From positions 100,978-164,977 of the forward strand of contig JBEKBA010000001.1 of NCBI GenBank assembly GCA_050015635.1: 64,000 nucleotides of DNA. The letters run 5' to 3'. A program made the position numbers and the translations under genes. Under the pieces are notes generated by a model. It was not told where the DNA came from. It was given only the letters and a program-made list of their open reading frames with translations, and searched no databases. The DNA comes from Verrucomicrobiota bacterium. GTDB taxonomy: Bacteria > Verrucomicrobiota > Verrucomicrobiia > Limisphaerales > UBA11358. Within the stretch, counting starts at the first letter, position 1; each line of letters opens with the position of its first letter. Below, one piece after another: positions 1-9,722 of the stretch.

Positions 1-1325
1 ACAAGCTCAACGTTTTTGATTCCGCTCACGCTAGTTCGATTGAAGACATCATTCAAGACGCGCAAAAGCTGCGCGATGCCGAGGCGGAGGCTGATTCTGT
101 TGAGACTGTCAAAGAGGTCGCCGAAAACATCAGCATTGACCAGCTGGCTGCCTCCGGTGAAGAAGCGCCGGTCATCAAGCTTGCCAACCTCATCATCGTT
201 CAGGCCATAAAAGACCGCGCCAGCGACATCCACTTGGAGCCGTTCGAAAAAACTTTGCGCCTGCGCTACCGCGTGGACGGCGTGCTGATTGACGCAACGC
301 CACCGCCCAAGGAAATGCAACTGGCGCTGACTTCGCGCTTCAAAATCATGAGCAGCCTCGACATCGCCGAACGCCGCCTGCCGCAGGACGGTCGTATGCG
401 CGTGCGTGTCAGCGGCAAAGATTTCGATCTGCGTGTTTCCGTGATGCCCACCGTTCACGGGGAAAAAATGGTGTTGCGCGTGCTCGACAAATCAAATCTC
501 TCCGCGAGCGTTGACAAGCTTGGTTTGGACGCAGAGACATTCAAGCAATTCAAAGCAGCCATTGACGCGCCGCACGGATTGCTACTCGTCACTGGCCCGA
601 CCGGTTCCGGCAAAACCACAACGCTTTATTCCGCGCTCAACGAACTCAACAATCCGATTTACAACATTGTGACCGTTGAAGACCCAGTGGAATTTCAAAT
701 TCCAGGCATCAACCAAGTGCCGACCAAAAAAGACATTGGCCTTACTTTTGCCAGTGCGCTGCGCTCCATTTTGCGCCAAGACCCGGACATCATCATGATC
801 GGCGAAATCCGCGATACTGAAACTGCCGAAATCGCCATCGAAGCCGCGCTCACCGGGCATCAAGTGTTGAGCACGCTGCACTGCAATGACGCGCCCGGTG
901 CTATCGCACGTCTCGACGACATGGGTATCGCGCCGTTTTTAATCTCATCCTCATTGCTGCTCTCGTGCGCGCAGCGCCTCATCCGCCGCATTTGTCCGTA
1001 TTGCAAGGAACCGGTGACGTATCCGGAAAAAATGTTTGAAGACCTCGGCATCGATCCCGCCACATTCAGCGGTGTGCAGCTTTATCGCGGACGAGGTTGT
1101 GAACGCTGCAAAAATTCCGGTTACGCCGGACGCATGGCGGTCATCGAAGCCATGGCCATCAGCGATCAAATCCGCAAACTCATCATTGCCCGCGCCAACA
1201 CCCGTGAACTCGGCAAGGTCGCCATCAGCCAGGGAATGCGCACACTCCGCATGGTCGCGCTCGACCGTGCCCGCGAGGGCATTTCCACTTTGGAACAGGT
1301 CTTCGTAATGACGTCGGCGCATTGA
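1..1325 (+). CDS. GspE/PilB-family secretion or pilus-assembly ATPase, 5' end outside window
   Basis: Frame 3 is open from nt 3; KLNVFDS...APVIKLANLIIVQAIKDRASDIHLEP precedes the listed Met at 234. Walker A GPTGSGKTT, Walker B region DPDIIMIGEIRD, His box TGHQVLSTLH, tetracysteine CPYC...CERC. Confidence 0.9.
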   Translation, partial: KLNVFDSAHASSIEDIIQDAQKLRDAEAEADSVETVKEVAENISIDQLAASGEEAPVIKLANLIIVQAIKDRASDIHLEPFEKTLRLRYRVDGVLIDATPPPKEMQLALTSRFKIMSSLDIAERRLPQDGRMRVRVSGKDFDLRVSVMPTVHGEKMVLRVLDKSNLSASVDKLGLDAETFKQFKAAIDAPHGLLLVTGPTGSGKTTTLYSALNELNNPIYNIVTVEDPVEFQIPGINQVPTKKDIGLTFASALRSILRQDPDIIMIGEIRDTETAEIAIEAALTGHQVLSTLHCNDAPGAIARLDDMGIAPFLISSSLLLSCAQRLIRRICPYCKEPVTYPEKMFEDLGIDPATFSGVQLYRGRGCERCKNSGYAGRMAVIEAMAISDQIRKLIIARANTRELGKVAISQGMRTLRMVALDRAREGISTLEQVFVMTSAH

Positions 1326-1340
1326 TTCACGCCGAAACGC

Positions 1341-2360
1341 TCAAAATTTTCGCTGCGGAATGACAAACGGTTGCGGCCCTTGTGACATCCAGGGCGGCGC
1401 CTGCGGCGTCCAAGCCGGTGTGATCGCGGGTTGTATGCTGTTTTGACCGGTGATGGTCGGCAATGGCGCCAGACCCGTCGGCGTGCCGATGCCGCTGGTC
1501 AGTGGTGTGTAGGAAGCGCCGACCGGATTCACCGCCGGCTGGCCGAAATTGTCATCTGACGACGACGAAAAAGACGCCCCGCTGCTGGAACGCGCTGCGG
1601 GTGTTTCAACCGGAGTTCTCGGATCTGCTCCCAGCAATTGTTTGAACTGATCCATTTTCGTCGGTTGCGTGGAATCCGGTGTCGGCAGCGGAAATGAACC
1701 GCCAATTGGTTTCCACAAATTCGCGCCTGCGTTCTGGCCGGCAAAATTGTCGTCACGCTGCGGCGCGTTGTTGAAAAGCTGGCTTAAAGACGTCGGTATG
1801 CTGCCGAGGTGGTCGCTGACCGGATTGGGTGTGTCCGCATCCGGCTGGAAGTCGCGATTGCGGGAAAAACGCCAGGCCGAGTCTGAATTATCCGGCGAGA
1901 AACCATTCGTCGCCTCAAACTCCGATCCGTTTTGCAGCTCCAGCGCGTTCGGATTTTTCCGCAAACCGATTGTGTCACGGTCCGGAACCTGAAAAATTTT
2001 TTCCGGCGAGGTGAGGCCCATAATTTCTTCCGGCGTCATCAACGTCCAATCTTTTTTTGGATTCAACAAATTTTGCAACTGCTGGCCTTCAGAGATCGAA
2101 ACTGCCGACGGGACCGTTGCTAGCGGGGGTGCCCCGCCGGACGGAAGATTCACGTCAAAACCTGACGGTGCGGCCTGGAATGTGTCTGGCACGTCCACCG
2201 GGGCGGAAAGCCGTGTCAAATTCGACGACACACCGCCGCCAACCGGAGATGAAAAAATAATCGGCTCGCCGCCCTGTTGCGCGCGAACGGACAAAACCAT
2301 CGCTCCGGCCACGCCGACCAAAAGTAGCAGCCGTTTCAAATTCGCCGGACGGAAATTCAT
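1341..2360 (-). CDS. Secreted low-complexity protein (G/P/S/T/N-rich), unknown function
   Basis: 339-aa ORF with signal-peptide-like N-terminus MNFRPANLKRLLLLVGVAGAMVLSVRAQQ. No recognisable catalytic motif. Convergent with the upstream ATPase. Confidence 0.5.
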   Translation of the reverse strand: MNFRPANLKRLLLLVGVAGAMVLSVRAQQGGEPIIFSSPVGGGVSSNLTRLSAPVDVPDTFQAAPSGFDVNLPSGGAPPLATVPSAVSISEGQQLQNLLNPKKDWTLMTPEEIMGLTSPEKIFQVPDRDTIGLRKNPNALELQNGSEFEATNGFSPDNSDSAWRFSRNRDFQPDADTPNPVSDHLGSIPTSLSQLFNNAPQRDDNFAGQNAGANLWKPIGGSFPLPTPDSTQPTKMDQFKQLLGADPRTPVETPAARSSSGASFSSSSDDNFGQPAVNPVGASYTPLTSGIGTPTGLAPLPTITGQNSIQPAITPAWTPQAPPWMSQGPQPFVIPQRKF

Positions 2361-2457
2361 TTCCAGACTGTTAACCTAATGCAATAGACACTGTCAGTCA
2401 AAAATGAACTCAAAAAGAAAATCGCCCGCCGTGTTCGAATTTTGTCCCTCGGCCACG

Positions 2458-2703
2458 CTATTGCCGCTCGTATTCACCCTTGCGAAGTTTTTTTAAAACG
2501 GTGAAACCGGCTTTTTTTGCATCCGAAATGGATAGCGGCTTGAGTTTGTGAGGCGTGCTGAAGCCTGAAACGATCTTGCGCACCGGCTTTTTACACGCCG
2601 GACACTTCGTCAACTCCGGCACGCTCATCGGTCGGCGCAACGTGAATTTCCCGCCGCACACCTTGCACTCGCCTTCGCACAACTCGTATTCGTAAAGAGG
2701 CAT
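2458..2703 (-). CDS. FmdB-family zinc-ribbon protein (CxxC...CxxC)
   Basis: MPLYEYELCEGECKVCGGKF...KCPACKKPV matches the YEYxC...C / CPxC pattern of the FmdB putative regulatory zinc-ribbon family. Confidence 0.75.
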   Translation of the reverse strand: MPLYEYELCEGECKVCGGKFTLRRPMSVPELTKCPACKKPVRKIVSGFSTPHKLKPLSISDAKKAGFTVLKKLRKGEYERQ

Positions 2704-2718
2704 GAAATAAATTTCGAT

Positions 2719-2742
2719 TGCCGAATGTCGAATTGGAAAATC
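2719..2742 (-). promoter_or_regulatory. Conserved start-proximal motif, copy 1 (minus-strand reading ATTTTCCAATTCGACATTCGGCA)
   Basis: TGCCGAATGTCGAAT at 2719-2733 is identical to 30290-30304. It lies 16-30 nt upstream of the minus-strand ATG at 2703. Confidence 0.4.
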
Positions 2743-2781
2743 AATTTATCAATTTCACTGTTTGGTCAATTTTCGCAAATG

Positions 2782-3060
2782 CTAATGGACGATGACACTT
2801 ATACCACACAGCCACAAAACAGCAACCAGAGCAAGACGCGCCTTCGTTTCTACCAAAGTCCAATTCAAAAGCAAATCCGGCTGGCTATTTACCCACTCTG
2901 GCTGAATAAGACGGATAGGACAATGTCGCCTAATAATTTCCGCTTCTGTCGAACCAATTGAAGAAATACTGCACATATAAACGCCGCTTACACTTCCAGC
3001 AGCGGCGGCAATTGCAACTGCGACAATGGTAGGGGTCAAAAGTTTCAGCGTTAGTCGCAC
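2782..3060 (-). CDS. Small putative membrane protein, GTG start, in an AT-rich patch
   Basis: 92-aa ORF with hydrophobic N-terminus (TPTIVAVAIAAAAGSV) and C-terminus (LALVAVLWLCGISVIV). It lies directly downstream of the stomatin-like gene on the same strand. No homology recognised. Confidence 0.3.
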   Translation of the reverse strand: MRLTLKLLTPTIVAVAIAAAAGSVSGVYMCSISSIGSTEAEIIRRHCPIRLIQPEWVNSQPDLLLNWTLVETKARLALVAVLWLCGISVIVH

Positions 3061-3094
3061 ATACTACTAAACACCATTTTGACGGCTTCGTTGC

Positions 3095-3871
3095 CTACTT
3101 CTTCAAAAACGCGCTGAACAAATCAATCGGCAGCGGCAAGAACGTTGTCGTGTTGTGCTCGCTCGCCATTTCGCGCATGGTCTGGAGATAACGCAGTTGC
3201 AGCGCAATCGGCTCCTTGGCGATCAACGCGGCGGCCTGCACCATTTTTTCGGCGGCTTGAAATTCGCCTTCCGCGTTCACGACTTTCGCGCGGCGTTCGC
3301 GCTCGGCCTCGGCTTGCTTGGCCATCGCGCGTTTCATGCTGTCCGGTAACGCGACCTCTTTCACTTCAACGGAAGTGACTTTGATGCCCCACGGCTCGGT
3401 TTGTTTATCAATGATTTCTTGCAACTTCTGGTTGATGACATCACGTTGCGAAAGCAGGTCGTCCAGCGGCGATTGGCCCAGCACGCTGCGCAAAGTTGTC
3501 TGCCCGATGAGCGAGGTCGCTTTCCAATAATTTTCCACCTTCACCACCGCTGCGTTCGGGTCCACGACGCGGAAATAAATCACCGCGTCCACCGTGGCGG
3601 GCACGTTGTCCTTGGTCATGATTTCCTGCTTGGGCACGTCAATGGTCACGACGCGCAAATCCATCCGCACCATCTTGTCCACGAGCGGAATGAGGAAAAT
3701 GATTCCCGGCCCTTTCGCGCCCTGCAGTTTGCCGAGCCGGAAAATGACACCGCGTTCGTATTCGCGCAGAATACGAATGGCTTGCGGCAGAATGACCACG
3801 AGCACGATGAAAACGGGAATGAGGATCACAAGCCCACCGCCGATGAGATGTTGAATTGATTGTTGGTCCAT
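3095..3871 (-). CDS. SPFH/band-7 (stomatin-like) membrane protein
   Basis: N-terminal [17 protein letters not shown], then SPFH core [13 protein letters not shown]...VDLRV...[26 protein letters not shown] and the coiled-coil tail [24 protein letters not shown]. Confidence 0.9.
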   Translation of the reverse strand: MDQQSIQHLIGGGLVILIPVFIVLVVILPQAIRILREYERGVIFRLGKLQGAKGPGIIFLIPLVDKMVRMDLRVVTIDVPKQEIMTKDNVPATVDAVIYFRVVDPNAAVVKVENYWKATSLIGQTTLRSVLGQSPLDDLLSQRDVINQKLQEIIDKQTEPWGIKVTSVEVKEVALPDSMKRAMAKQAEAERERRAKVVNAEGEFQAAEKMVQAAALIAKEPIALQLRYLQTMREMASEHNTTTFLPLPIDLFSAFLKK

Positions 3872-3884
3872 AAATTTTTCTCCG

Positions 3885-5219
3885 TTATTGAGCTTTTGGT
3901 TTCACTTTCAAAGTCAGTCCGGCAATGCCGATGATTTCAACGGCCTGCCCGGTTTCAACCGGCGTTTCGCTGACGGCGTTCCAGTGTTCGCCTTCGATAA
4001 ACACCTTGCCGCTTTGCGAGTCAATCCGCGAAAGTGCGTTCACTGTTTTGCCGAGCATCGTTTCCGCGCCCGCGCGTTTCGGCGAAAATTGCGCGCGGAT
4101 TCCTTTGCTGACGAAGAACACAAAAAATGCCGCGGTCACGAGCGTCGTTGAAATAATCCAGCTCATGGGCAAATGGTAGCCGACCGGCGCGTGATTGAAC
4201 AGCATCAGCGCGCCGAAAAAAAATGCAATGATGCCGCCGACGGTCAAAACGCCATGCGTCGGCGCAAAAATATCTATGACGAACAGCGCGAGCGCCAAAA
4301 GAATCAGTGCAACGCCCGCGATATTCAGCGGCAGCGTGGCCGACATATAAAGCACCAGAATCAGCGCGAGCGCACCCGCGACACCCGGAAAAATCGCGCC
4401 CGGATGGCTCATTTCGGCGATGATGCCGTAAATCGCGATGAGCATGAGCAGCATCATTACCTGCGGCTGCCAGAAGAGCTGGAAGAATTTTTCGCCCGCG
4501 CTCATCGGAATTTCCACAACGTTCGCGCCGGTGGTTTTCAAAATTTTTCCGTTCACGGAACGACCGTTCAATTTTTGAAGCAAATCGGGAACATTGGTCG
4601 CAATCAAATCAATGACTTTCTTTTTCAATGCTTCCTCGGATGTGATTGCCTCGCTCACCGTGACGGATGATTTTGCCCATTCGACATTGCGATGCCGTTT
4701 TTCGGCGATGGTCTGCATGACCTTCGTGTAGGCGTTTCCAATCTTTTGCATCATGATGCTGTTGGTGGTTTCATCTTCGTTGCCTATCTCGACGGGATGC
4801 GCCGCGCCAATGGTGGTGTGCGGTGCCATCACCGCAATGTCCGCCGCCAACGTGATGTAAACGCCCGCGCTGCCCGCCATCGCGCCTTCCGGCGAGACGT
4901 AAACGACAACCGGCACTCGCGACGCATAAAATTCCTGGACGATGTCGTCCATGGAAGTGGCCAGCCCGCCGGGAGTATTTAGTTCGATGACAAGGCACTC
5001 GTCGCTTTGATTTGCGGCAACGTCAATCGCACGGGAAATGTAATTGGCCGTGGCCGGGCCGATGGCGCCGTCAATTTTAATCAGCCCGACTTGCGCGGCT
5101 TGGGTTGCCGCTGCGCCGAAAACCAATCCGACAATTGCGATGAAGATGGCATAAGCCTGCTCGACTTGTTTCCGAGTTGGCATTGCCAACTCTGCAAGCA
5201 TTTTGCTTTCGTAAGTCAT
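3885..5219 (-). CDS. NfeD-family membrane-bound ClpP-class serine protease (stomatin partner)
   Basis: N-terminal ClpP-like domain ([19 protein letters not shown]...LNTPGGL...AMAGSAG), a central block of TM helices and a C-terminal NfeD OB-fold ([14 protein letters not shown]...[13 protein letters not shown]). It lies immediately upstream of the SPFH gene, the classic pair. The start could be an internal Met. Confidence 0.85.
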   Translation of the reverse strand: MTYESKMLAELAMPTRKQVEQAYAIFIAIVGLVFGAAATQAAQVGLIKIDGAIGPATANYISRAIDVAANQSDECLVIELNTPGGLATSMDDIVQEFYASRVPVVVYVSPEGAMAGSAGVYITLAADIAVMAPHTTIGAAHPVEIGNEDETTNSIMMQKIGNAYTKVMQTIAEKRHRNVEWAKSSVTVSEAITSEEALKKKVIDLIATNVPDLLQKLNGRSVNGKILKTTGANVVEIPMSAGEKFFQLFWQPQVMMLLMLIAIYGIIAEMSHPGAIFPGVAGALALILVLYMSATLPLNIAGVALILLALALFVIDIFAPTHGVLTVGGIIAFFFGALMLFNHAPVGYHLPMSWIISTTLVTAAFFVFFVSKGIRAQFSPKRAGAETMLGKTVNALSRIDSQSGKVFIEGEHWNAVSETPVETGQAVEIIGIAGLTLKVKPKAQ

Positions 5220-5229
5220 GAACTAATCC

Positions 5230-5247
5230 TATCGAATTGGAAAATGA
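5230..5247 (-). promoter_or_regulatory. Partial copy of the start-proximal motif (minus-strand ATTTTCCAATTCGATA)
   Basis: It shares TCGAATTGGAAAAT with 2729-2742 and lies 11-28 nt upstream of the NfeD ATG at 5219. Confidence 0.3.
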
Positions 5248-5276
5248 TTTTTCTTCACTGCCATACACAATGAATA

Positions 5277-6776
5277 TCATTTCCCGAAAGTTTCCGCCAT
5301 CGCAATTGCTTTCCGCATGGCCATGGATTTATTGATGGTCTCTTGAAATTCATTTTCCGGCGTCGAATCGTTCACCCAGCCGCCTCCGGCTTGAATAAAA
5401 GTTTTGCCATCTTTAATGAGCGCGGTGCGGATGGTAATGCAAGTGTCGAGATTGCCGTTGAAGGAAAAATAGCCGACACAGCCCGCATACGGCCCGCGCG
5501 TGGTCTGTTCCAGTTCGGAGATGATTTGCATCGCGCGGATTTTCGGCGCGCCGCTGACTGTGCCGGCGGGAAATGTCGCGCGCATCAAATCGTAAGGCGT
5601 TTTGTCCGCCGAAAGTTTTCCTTCAACCTGCGATACGATGTGCATCACGTGGCTGTAACGCTCGATAAACATCAAGTCGCGCACCTGCACGCTGCCGAAG
5701 TCGCAGACGCGCCCGATGTCGTTGCGCGCGAGATCCACGAGCATGACGTGTTCGGCGCGTTCCTTTGGGTCGGCGAGCAATTCTTTTTCGAGCGCGGAGT
5801 CTTCGGCGTCGGTTTTTCCGCGCCGCCGCGTACCGGCAATCGGACGGATCTCCACTTTGCCTTCTTCGCAACGAACATGAATTTCCGGCGACGCGCCGAC
5901 GAGCGAAAATCCGTCCAGTTCCAGCAAAAACATATATGGCGACGGGTTGATGCTGCGCGCGGCGCGGTAAATATCCAGCGGCGACGCCGTGACCGGCGCG
6001 GAAAAACGCTGCGAACCAACGACTTGGATGATGTCGCCGGCGGTGATGAATTTTTTTGCGGTCTCTACATTCGCAAAAAATTTTTCTTTCGTTTGATTGG
6101 ATTTAAATTCGACGGAGGGAATTTCGTTCATCACGGCCACAGTGCAATGTTCACTCGGCTGTTCGAGCAAAGAAATAATTCGTTCAATTTCGCTCACCGC
6201 GTTTTCGTAAGCTTCAGCCGGACTTTCCGCGTCGGCGAGAATCGCGTTGACTAAAATCGTGATCGTCTGCGCGACGCGGTCGAAAATCAAAAGCTGGTCG
6301 GCGACGAGAAAATACATCACGGGCGTTTTCAGTTCATCGTGTACCGGGCGCGGCATGACAGGTTCGATATCGTGGATAAATTCGTAGCCGATGAAGCCGA
6401 CCGCGCCGCCGGTGAAGCGAGGCAAATCGGGAACGGAAACCGCGCGATATTTTTTCATCACACGCTCGACGACAACCAGACCGTCTTTCGCGTCGCGACC
6501 AACAAAAAGTGTTTCCACGGCTTTTCCGTTTTCGATGATTTCCACGCGATCGGCAGTCTGTTTGATGACGGCGCGCGGATTGCAGCCGACGAATGAGTAG
6601 CGGCCCAAATGCTCGCCGCCTTCGACCGACTCAAAGAGAAACGATTCGCCCGCACCACGGATTTTCCGGTAGGCCGAAAGCGGTGTTTCGACATCGGCGA
6701 GCAGACGGCTCGTGACGGGAATCACGTTCCACTGTGCGGCCAATTTCAAAAATTCATCCAGTGTCGGCGAATACAT
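5277..6776 (-). CDS. trpE: Anthranilate synthase component I
   Basis: Chorismate-binding family motifs GTRRRGKT...[38 protein letters not shown] and [11 protein letters not shown]. Start trimmed to MYSPTLDEF (ATG at 6776); the track ORF extends to 6860. Confidence 0.9.
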   Translation of the reverse strand: MYSPTLDEFLKLAAQWNVIPVTSRLLADVETPLSAYRKIRGAGESFLFESVEGGEHLGRYSFVGCNPRAVIKQTADRVEIIENGKAVETLFVGRDAKDGLVVVERVMKKYRAVSVPDLPRFTGGAVGFIGYEFIHDIEPVMPRPVHDELKTPVMYFLVADQLLIFDRVAQTITILVNAILADAESPAEAYENAVSEIERIISLLEQPSEHCTVAVMNEIPSVEFKSNQTKEKFFANVETAKKFITAGDIIQVVGSQRFSAPVTASPLDIYRAARSINPSPYMFLLELDGFSLVGASPEIHVRCEEGKVEIRPIAGTRRRGKTDAEDSALEKELLADPKERAEHVMLVDLARNDIGRVCDFGSVQVRDLMFIERYSHVMHIVSQVEGKLSADKTPYDLMRATFPAGTVSGAPKIRAMQIISELEQTTRGPYAGCVGYFSFNGNLDTCITIRTALIKDGKTFIQAGGGWVNDSTPENEFQETINKSMAMRKAIAMAETFGK

Positions 6777-6856
6777 GAAACCATTTTTAGCCGAAGCGCG
6801 GTAAAAACAAAAGCAGGAAGCCGCAATAAATAGGCACTGTCTGCGATGACAATCAA

Positions 6857-7096
6857 TCACCCTGCATCGCTCGCATTGACTTTCTTGGCATACGTCAGAA
6901 TCATTTCTATTAGCGTGGTATACTTAATTGCTGCCGAGCAATCTTTCAAATGCTTGTTTGATAAATAATTTGTGCGATTATTTACTTGATGCACCATGTA
7001 AAAATTAACCACAACCCGTAGTAGAGACGCTAAATTAAGGCCATATTTGTAGCGTTGTGTTGCATCAAGTAAATAAGCCCAATAATTTGTATTCAC
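6857..7096 (-). CDS. Orphan AT-rich ORF, possibly non-coding or a gene remnant
   Basis: The only candidate start is GTG at 7096. The frame is actually open from the hisI stop codon at 7195-7197 without any ATG. Composition is much more AT-rich than the neighbours. No family recognised. Confidence 0.15.
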   Translation of the reverse strand: MNTNYWAYLLDATQRYKYGLNLASLLRVVVNFYMVHQVNNRTNYLSNKHLKDCSAAIKYTTLIEMILTYAKKVNASDAG

Positions 7097-7194
7097 CCAT
7101 TTCGAAAAGTGAAGGCTTTGAGAAACGCATTTCGAAGCAAGTTCTTGAATATCCCAAGAGGCATCATATTTCTCAACGGCAGTAACTGTGCTAA

Positions 7195-7581
7195 TTATTT
7201 CTTCTTTCCGTAAATCTGTTCCGGCTTTTGCAATTGCGGCTCGGTGATTTTGAAATTTCCATTTTCAACCGAGCGAAAAAAACACGATTGATAACCTTCG
7301 TGGCACGCCACGCCGGTCTGCTCGACTTGGATAAGCAGTACATCGCCGTCACAATCGAATGCGATGTCTTTCACGGTTTGCGTGTGTCCGCTCTCCTCGC
7401 CTTTCATCCAGAGTTTCTGGCGCGAACGGCTCCAAAAATAGGTCTTGCCGGTCGCGATGGTTTTTTCGAGCGACGCGCGGTTCATCCACGCAAACATCAG
7501 AACACGTCCGGTTTTTTGTTCCTGAATGACGGCCGGAATCAAACCGTTCGCGTCAAATTTCAATTTGTCGTAAAAACTCAT
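7195..7581 (-). CDS. hisI: Phosphoribosyl-AMP cyclohydrolase
   Basis: [26 protein letters not shown]...[19 protein letters not shown]...DCDGD...[10 protein letters not shown]. It is monofunctional in size, with no HisE fusion. Confidence 0.9.
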   Translation of the reverse strand: MSFYDKLKFDANGLIPAVIQEQKTGRVLMFAWMNRASLEKTIATGKTYFWSRSRQKLWMKGEESGHTQTVKDIAFDCDGDVLLIQVEQTGVACHEGYQSCFFRSVENGNFKITEPQLQKPEQIYGKKK

Positions 7582-7637
7582 GTGCCATCCATTTTAGCGC
7601 AAAGTTATCGGGACAAAAGTTGAATTTGAAAAGCTTT

Positions 7638-8648
7638 TTAAGGCCGCGATAAACCGGATGCGTTTGGAGAAACGGGTGGAACATTCGTTGAAATACCGGC
7701 AGTGGTTGAATTTGTCGCCGTGTTTTCACGTTGAGCGAGATTACGTTCAAGCCGCTGCTTGAGATCGGCATACATTGAATTGGTCACGGCACCAAGTTGC
7801 GCGCGGGCTTCGGCGTAACGCCCGGCGGCCATTTTAATTCGTGCGAGATGAATGTAAACCCCTTCGCGCTCGATGTCATCGTGGGCGATGTTGAGTGCGT
7901 TCGTCCAGGCGACCAACGCATCGTCCGCGCGGAGCGGGCGGATGCCATAATAAGTTTGTGCGTAATCGGACGCGAGCGGAAAATTATTCGGGTCGAGTCG
8001 GACGGCTTTGTGATAAAGTTCCAGGGCCTTGTCAAAAACCTGCGTTTCGTTGATGCCGTAAAATTGTTCCGCGTCCTTGCGAAAAAGATAAACCGTTGTC
8101 GCGAGATTTTGATAATACACCGGCTCGGCGGGATTCAGCTCAATCGCCTTCGCGTAATCGGTAAAGGCATTCGTGAGTGGGCCGTTTTCACCATAATAAT
8201 TGGCGAGGTTGTTCCACGCCGCCGGATTTTTTGGATCGAGTTGCGCGGCTTCTTCATTTTGTGTCAACGCGGCTTCTTCATCGCCGATGTCGTTAAGAAA
8301 GCTGCCGTAGGCCAGATGCCCGCGCGCGTCGTCGGGATAACGCCGCAAAAAATCTTCGTAACCCTTGCGAACGGAATCAAACCGCGCGAGGATGCGTTGG
8401 TTCAATTCCTCCTTTGATTCGCCCGCGCCCTGCGCCGCGAAAGCGTTGTTCTCCTGAATCCATTTGTCCACCTCGGCCTGCGCCGCGTCATCCTCGGCCA
8501 TCAACTGCAACAATTCCTTTTCCGCCGGATTGTTTGGATTCGGAATCGAAATCGCGATACCAATGTTCTGCTGGATCAAATTGCTGACGGCCTGCGGCTG
8601 GTTCGTGGACAGCACTGCGCCAACCAAGCCGATGAGAAGCTCATTCAC
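7638..8648 (-). CDS. TPR-repeat protein
   Basis: Repeated TPR-like units (AWNNLANYYGENG..., AIELNPAEPVYYQNLA..., AVRLDPNNFPLASDYAQTY...). GTG start at 8648. Confidence 0.7.
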   Translation of the reverse strand: MNELLIGLVGAVLSTNQPQAVSNLIQQNIGIAISIPNPNNPAEKELLQLMAEDDAAQAEVDKWIQENNAFAAQGAGESKEELNQRILARFDSVRKGYEDFLRRYPDDARGHLAYGSFLNDIGDEEAALTQNEEAAQLDPKNPAAWNNLANYYGENGPLTNAFTDYAKAIELNPAEPVYYQNLATTVYLFRKDAEQFYGINETQVFDKALELYHKAVRLDPNNFPLASDYAQTYYGIRPLRADDALVAWTNALNIAHDDIEREGVYIHLARIKMAAGRYAEARAQLGAVTNSMYADLKQRLERNLAQRENTATNSTTAGISTNVPPVSPNASGLSRP

Positions 8649-8767
8649 GCGAACAACGTATCACTTCGGACGTACGAGTCGAGGCGCAAGCGGATGCAAA
8701 CATTTCCTGTCAAGCAGCCAGGGAAATCCAAAACAGCAACCCGGCCACTATCCAGAGAGAAAATTAT

Positions 8768-9518
8768 TCAAACCTCCTTCACCACGCCCCAATGAACGTC
8801 AAGGCGTTTGCCGAGATAAAGTTTCACGGCTTTTACGAGCACGGCGGCTTCGATTTGCTGGCCGCGTGCGACGAGTTCCTTGAGTGCCATGCCGGGACGA
8901 ATCGAAAACGCGCCTTGCGCGATAATCGGATCTTCGTCGAGCCGCATGGAAACGAAATGCGCCGTGACGCCGGCGATTTTCACGCCCTGTTCGTAAGCCT
9001 GACGATACGCCTGCGGGCCGGGAAAACTCGGCAGCAGCGACGGGTGAATGTTGATGATTTTGTTTTTAAACCGCCACACAAAGTTCGGCGAAAGAATTTT
9101 CATAAAGCGTGCCAGCACGACAAAATCAATTTCATTTTTTTCGAGCAGGTGCAACGCGCGGCCCTCGGCTTTGGCACGGTCGTTCCAACTGATGTGCGCG
9201 AAAGGCAGATTGAATTTTTTCACGCGCGACGCGAAACCGGCGTAATTGCCGATGATGAGCGCGGCGTCCGCTTTCAACTTCGCGTCTAGAAGCGCGTCGA
9301 AGCAATGCGTTTCCTTCGTGACCATGATGGCGAATTTTTGCCGCGTTGCAATCCACTGTGCGCCACGAAGCCTGAAGTACCATGCTGAACTGACCACGCG
9401 TGACTTGTTCTTCGAGCGCCTCGACGTTGGCCTTTTGCTCGAAAAGAAAATTCGTGACGCGGGCGATGACACCGGTTTTGTCGCGTCCGATGACGGTAAC
9501 AGTGGCAAATTGTTTCAT
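8768..9518 (-). pseudogene. purU: Formyltetrahydrofolate deformylase interrupted by a frameshift between the ACT and formyltransferase domains
   Basis: ACT-like N-terminus MKQFATVTVIGRDKTGVIARVTNFLFEQKANVEALEEQVTRGQFSMVLQASW is in the frame starting at 9518. The catalytic part KFAIMVTKETHC...NIHPSLLPSFPGPQAYRQAYEQGVKIAGVTAHFV is in the frame of ORF 8768-9508, offset by 1 nt. Confidence 0.7.
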
Positions 9519-9527
9519 GGCAAAATT

Positions 9528-9604
9528 GAGACACGAATTGACACGAATTAAAACTCATATTTCCATTTGAAAATCAGTGAAAATCTATGAAATCCGTGTC
9601 CAAG
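9528..9604 (+). repeat. Family-B repeat: tandem GACACGAATT GACACGAATT plus distal inverted partner AATCCGTGTC
   Basis: Exact 10-mer duplicated at 9530-9539 and 9540-9549. The near-complement AATCCGTGTC is at 9591-9600. Related arrays are at 40406, 42559, 56331 and 57611. Confidence 0.7.
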
Positions 9605-9722
9605 CCAAAAGCATCCTTGTTTATTGGCGTCTATCCGTGGTTCATGTTGTAAATCTTCCGAATTTCTGCAACTTTTTACGGCTTCGGCTGTTAAATTGCT
9701 GAAGAATCGGAGCATTATAAAT

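Noticed and set aside
5343-6254. Long antisense ORFs opposite well-supported genes. Examples: 5343-6254 vs trpE, 26557-27480 vs glyQS, 47816-48835 vs argH, 52532-53587 vs leuC, 31876-32871 vs the S10 peptidase, 12248-13150 vs the pilus genes, 41902-42771 vs the DUF255 gene, 53797-54579 vs Dus.
   Set aside because: All are shadow frames with Arg/His/Val-rich, motif-free translations. The opposite strand in each case carries unambiguous family motifs.
9132-9518. The 128-aa ORF taken at face value as a small ACT-domain protein.
   Set aside because: Only the first ~52 residues look like an ACT domain. The remainder (RTVDCNAAKIRHHGHEGNALLRRASRR...) is the out-of-frame reading of the purU catalytic domain. 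It was folded into the purU pseudogene call.
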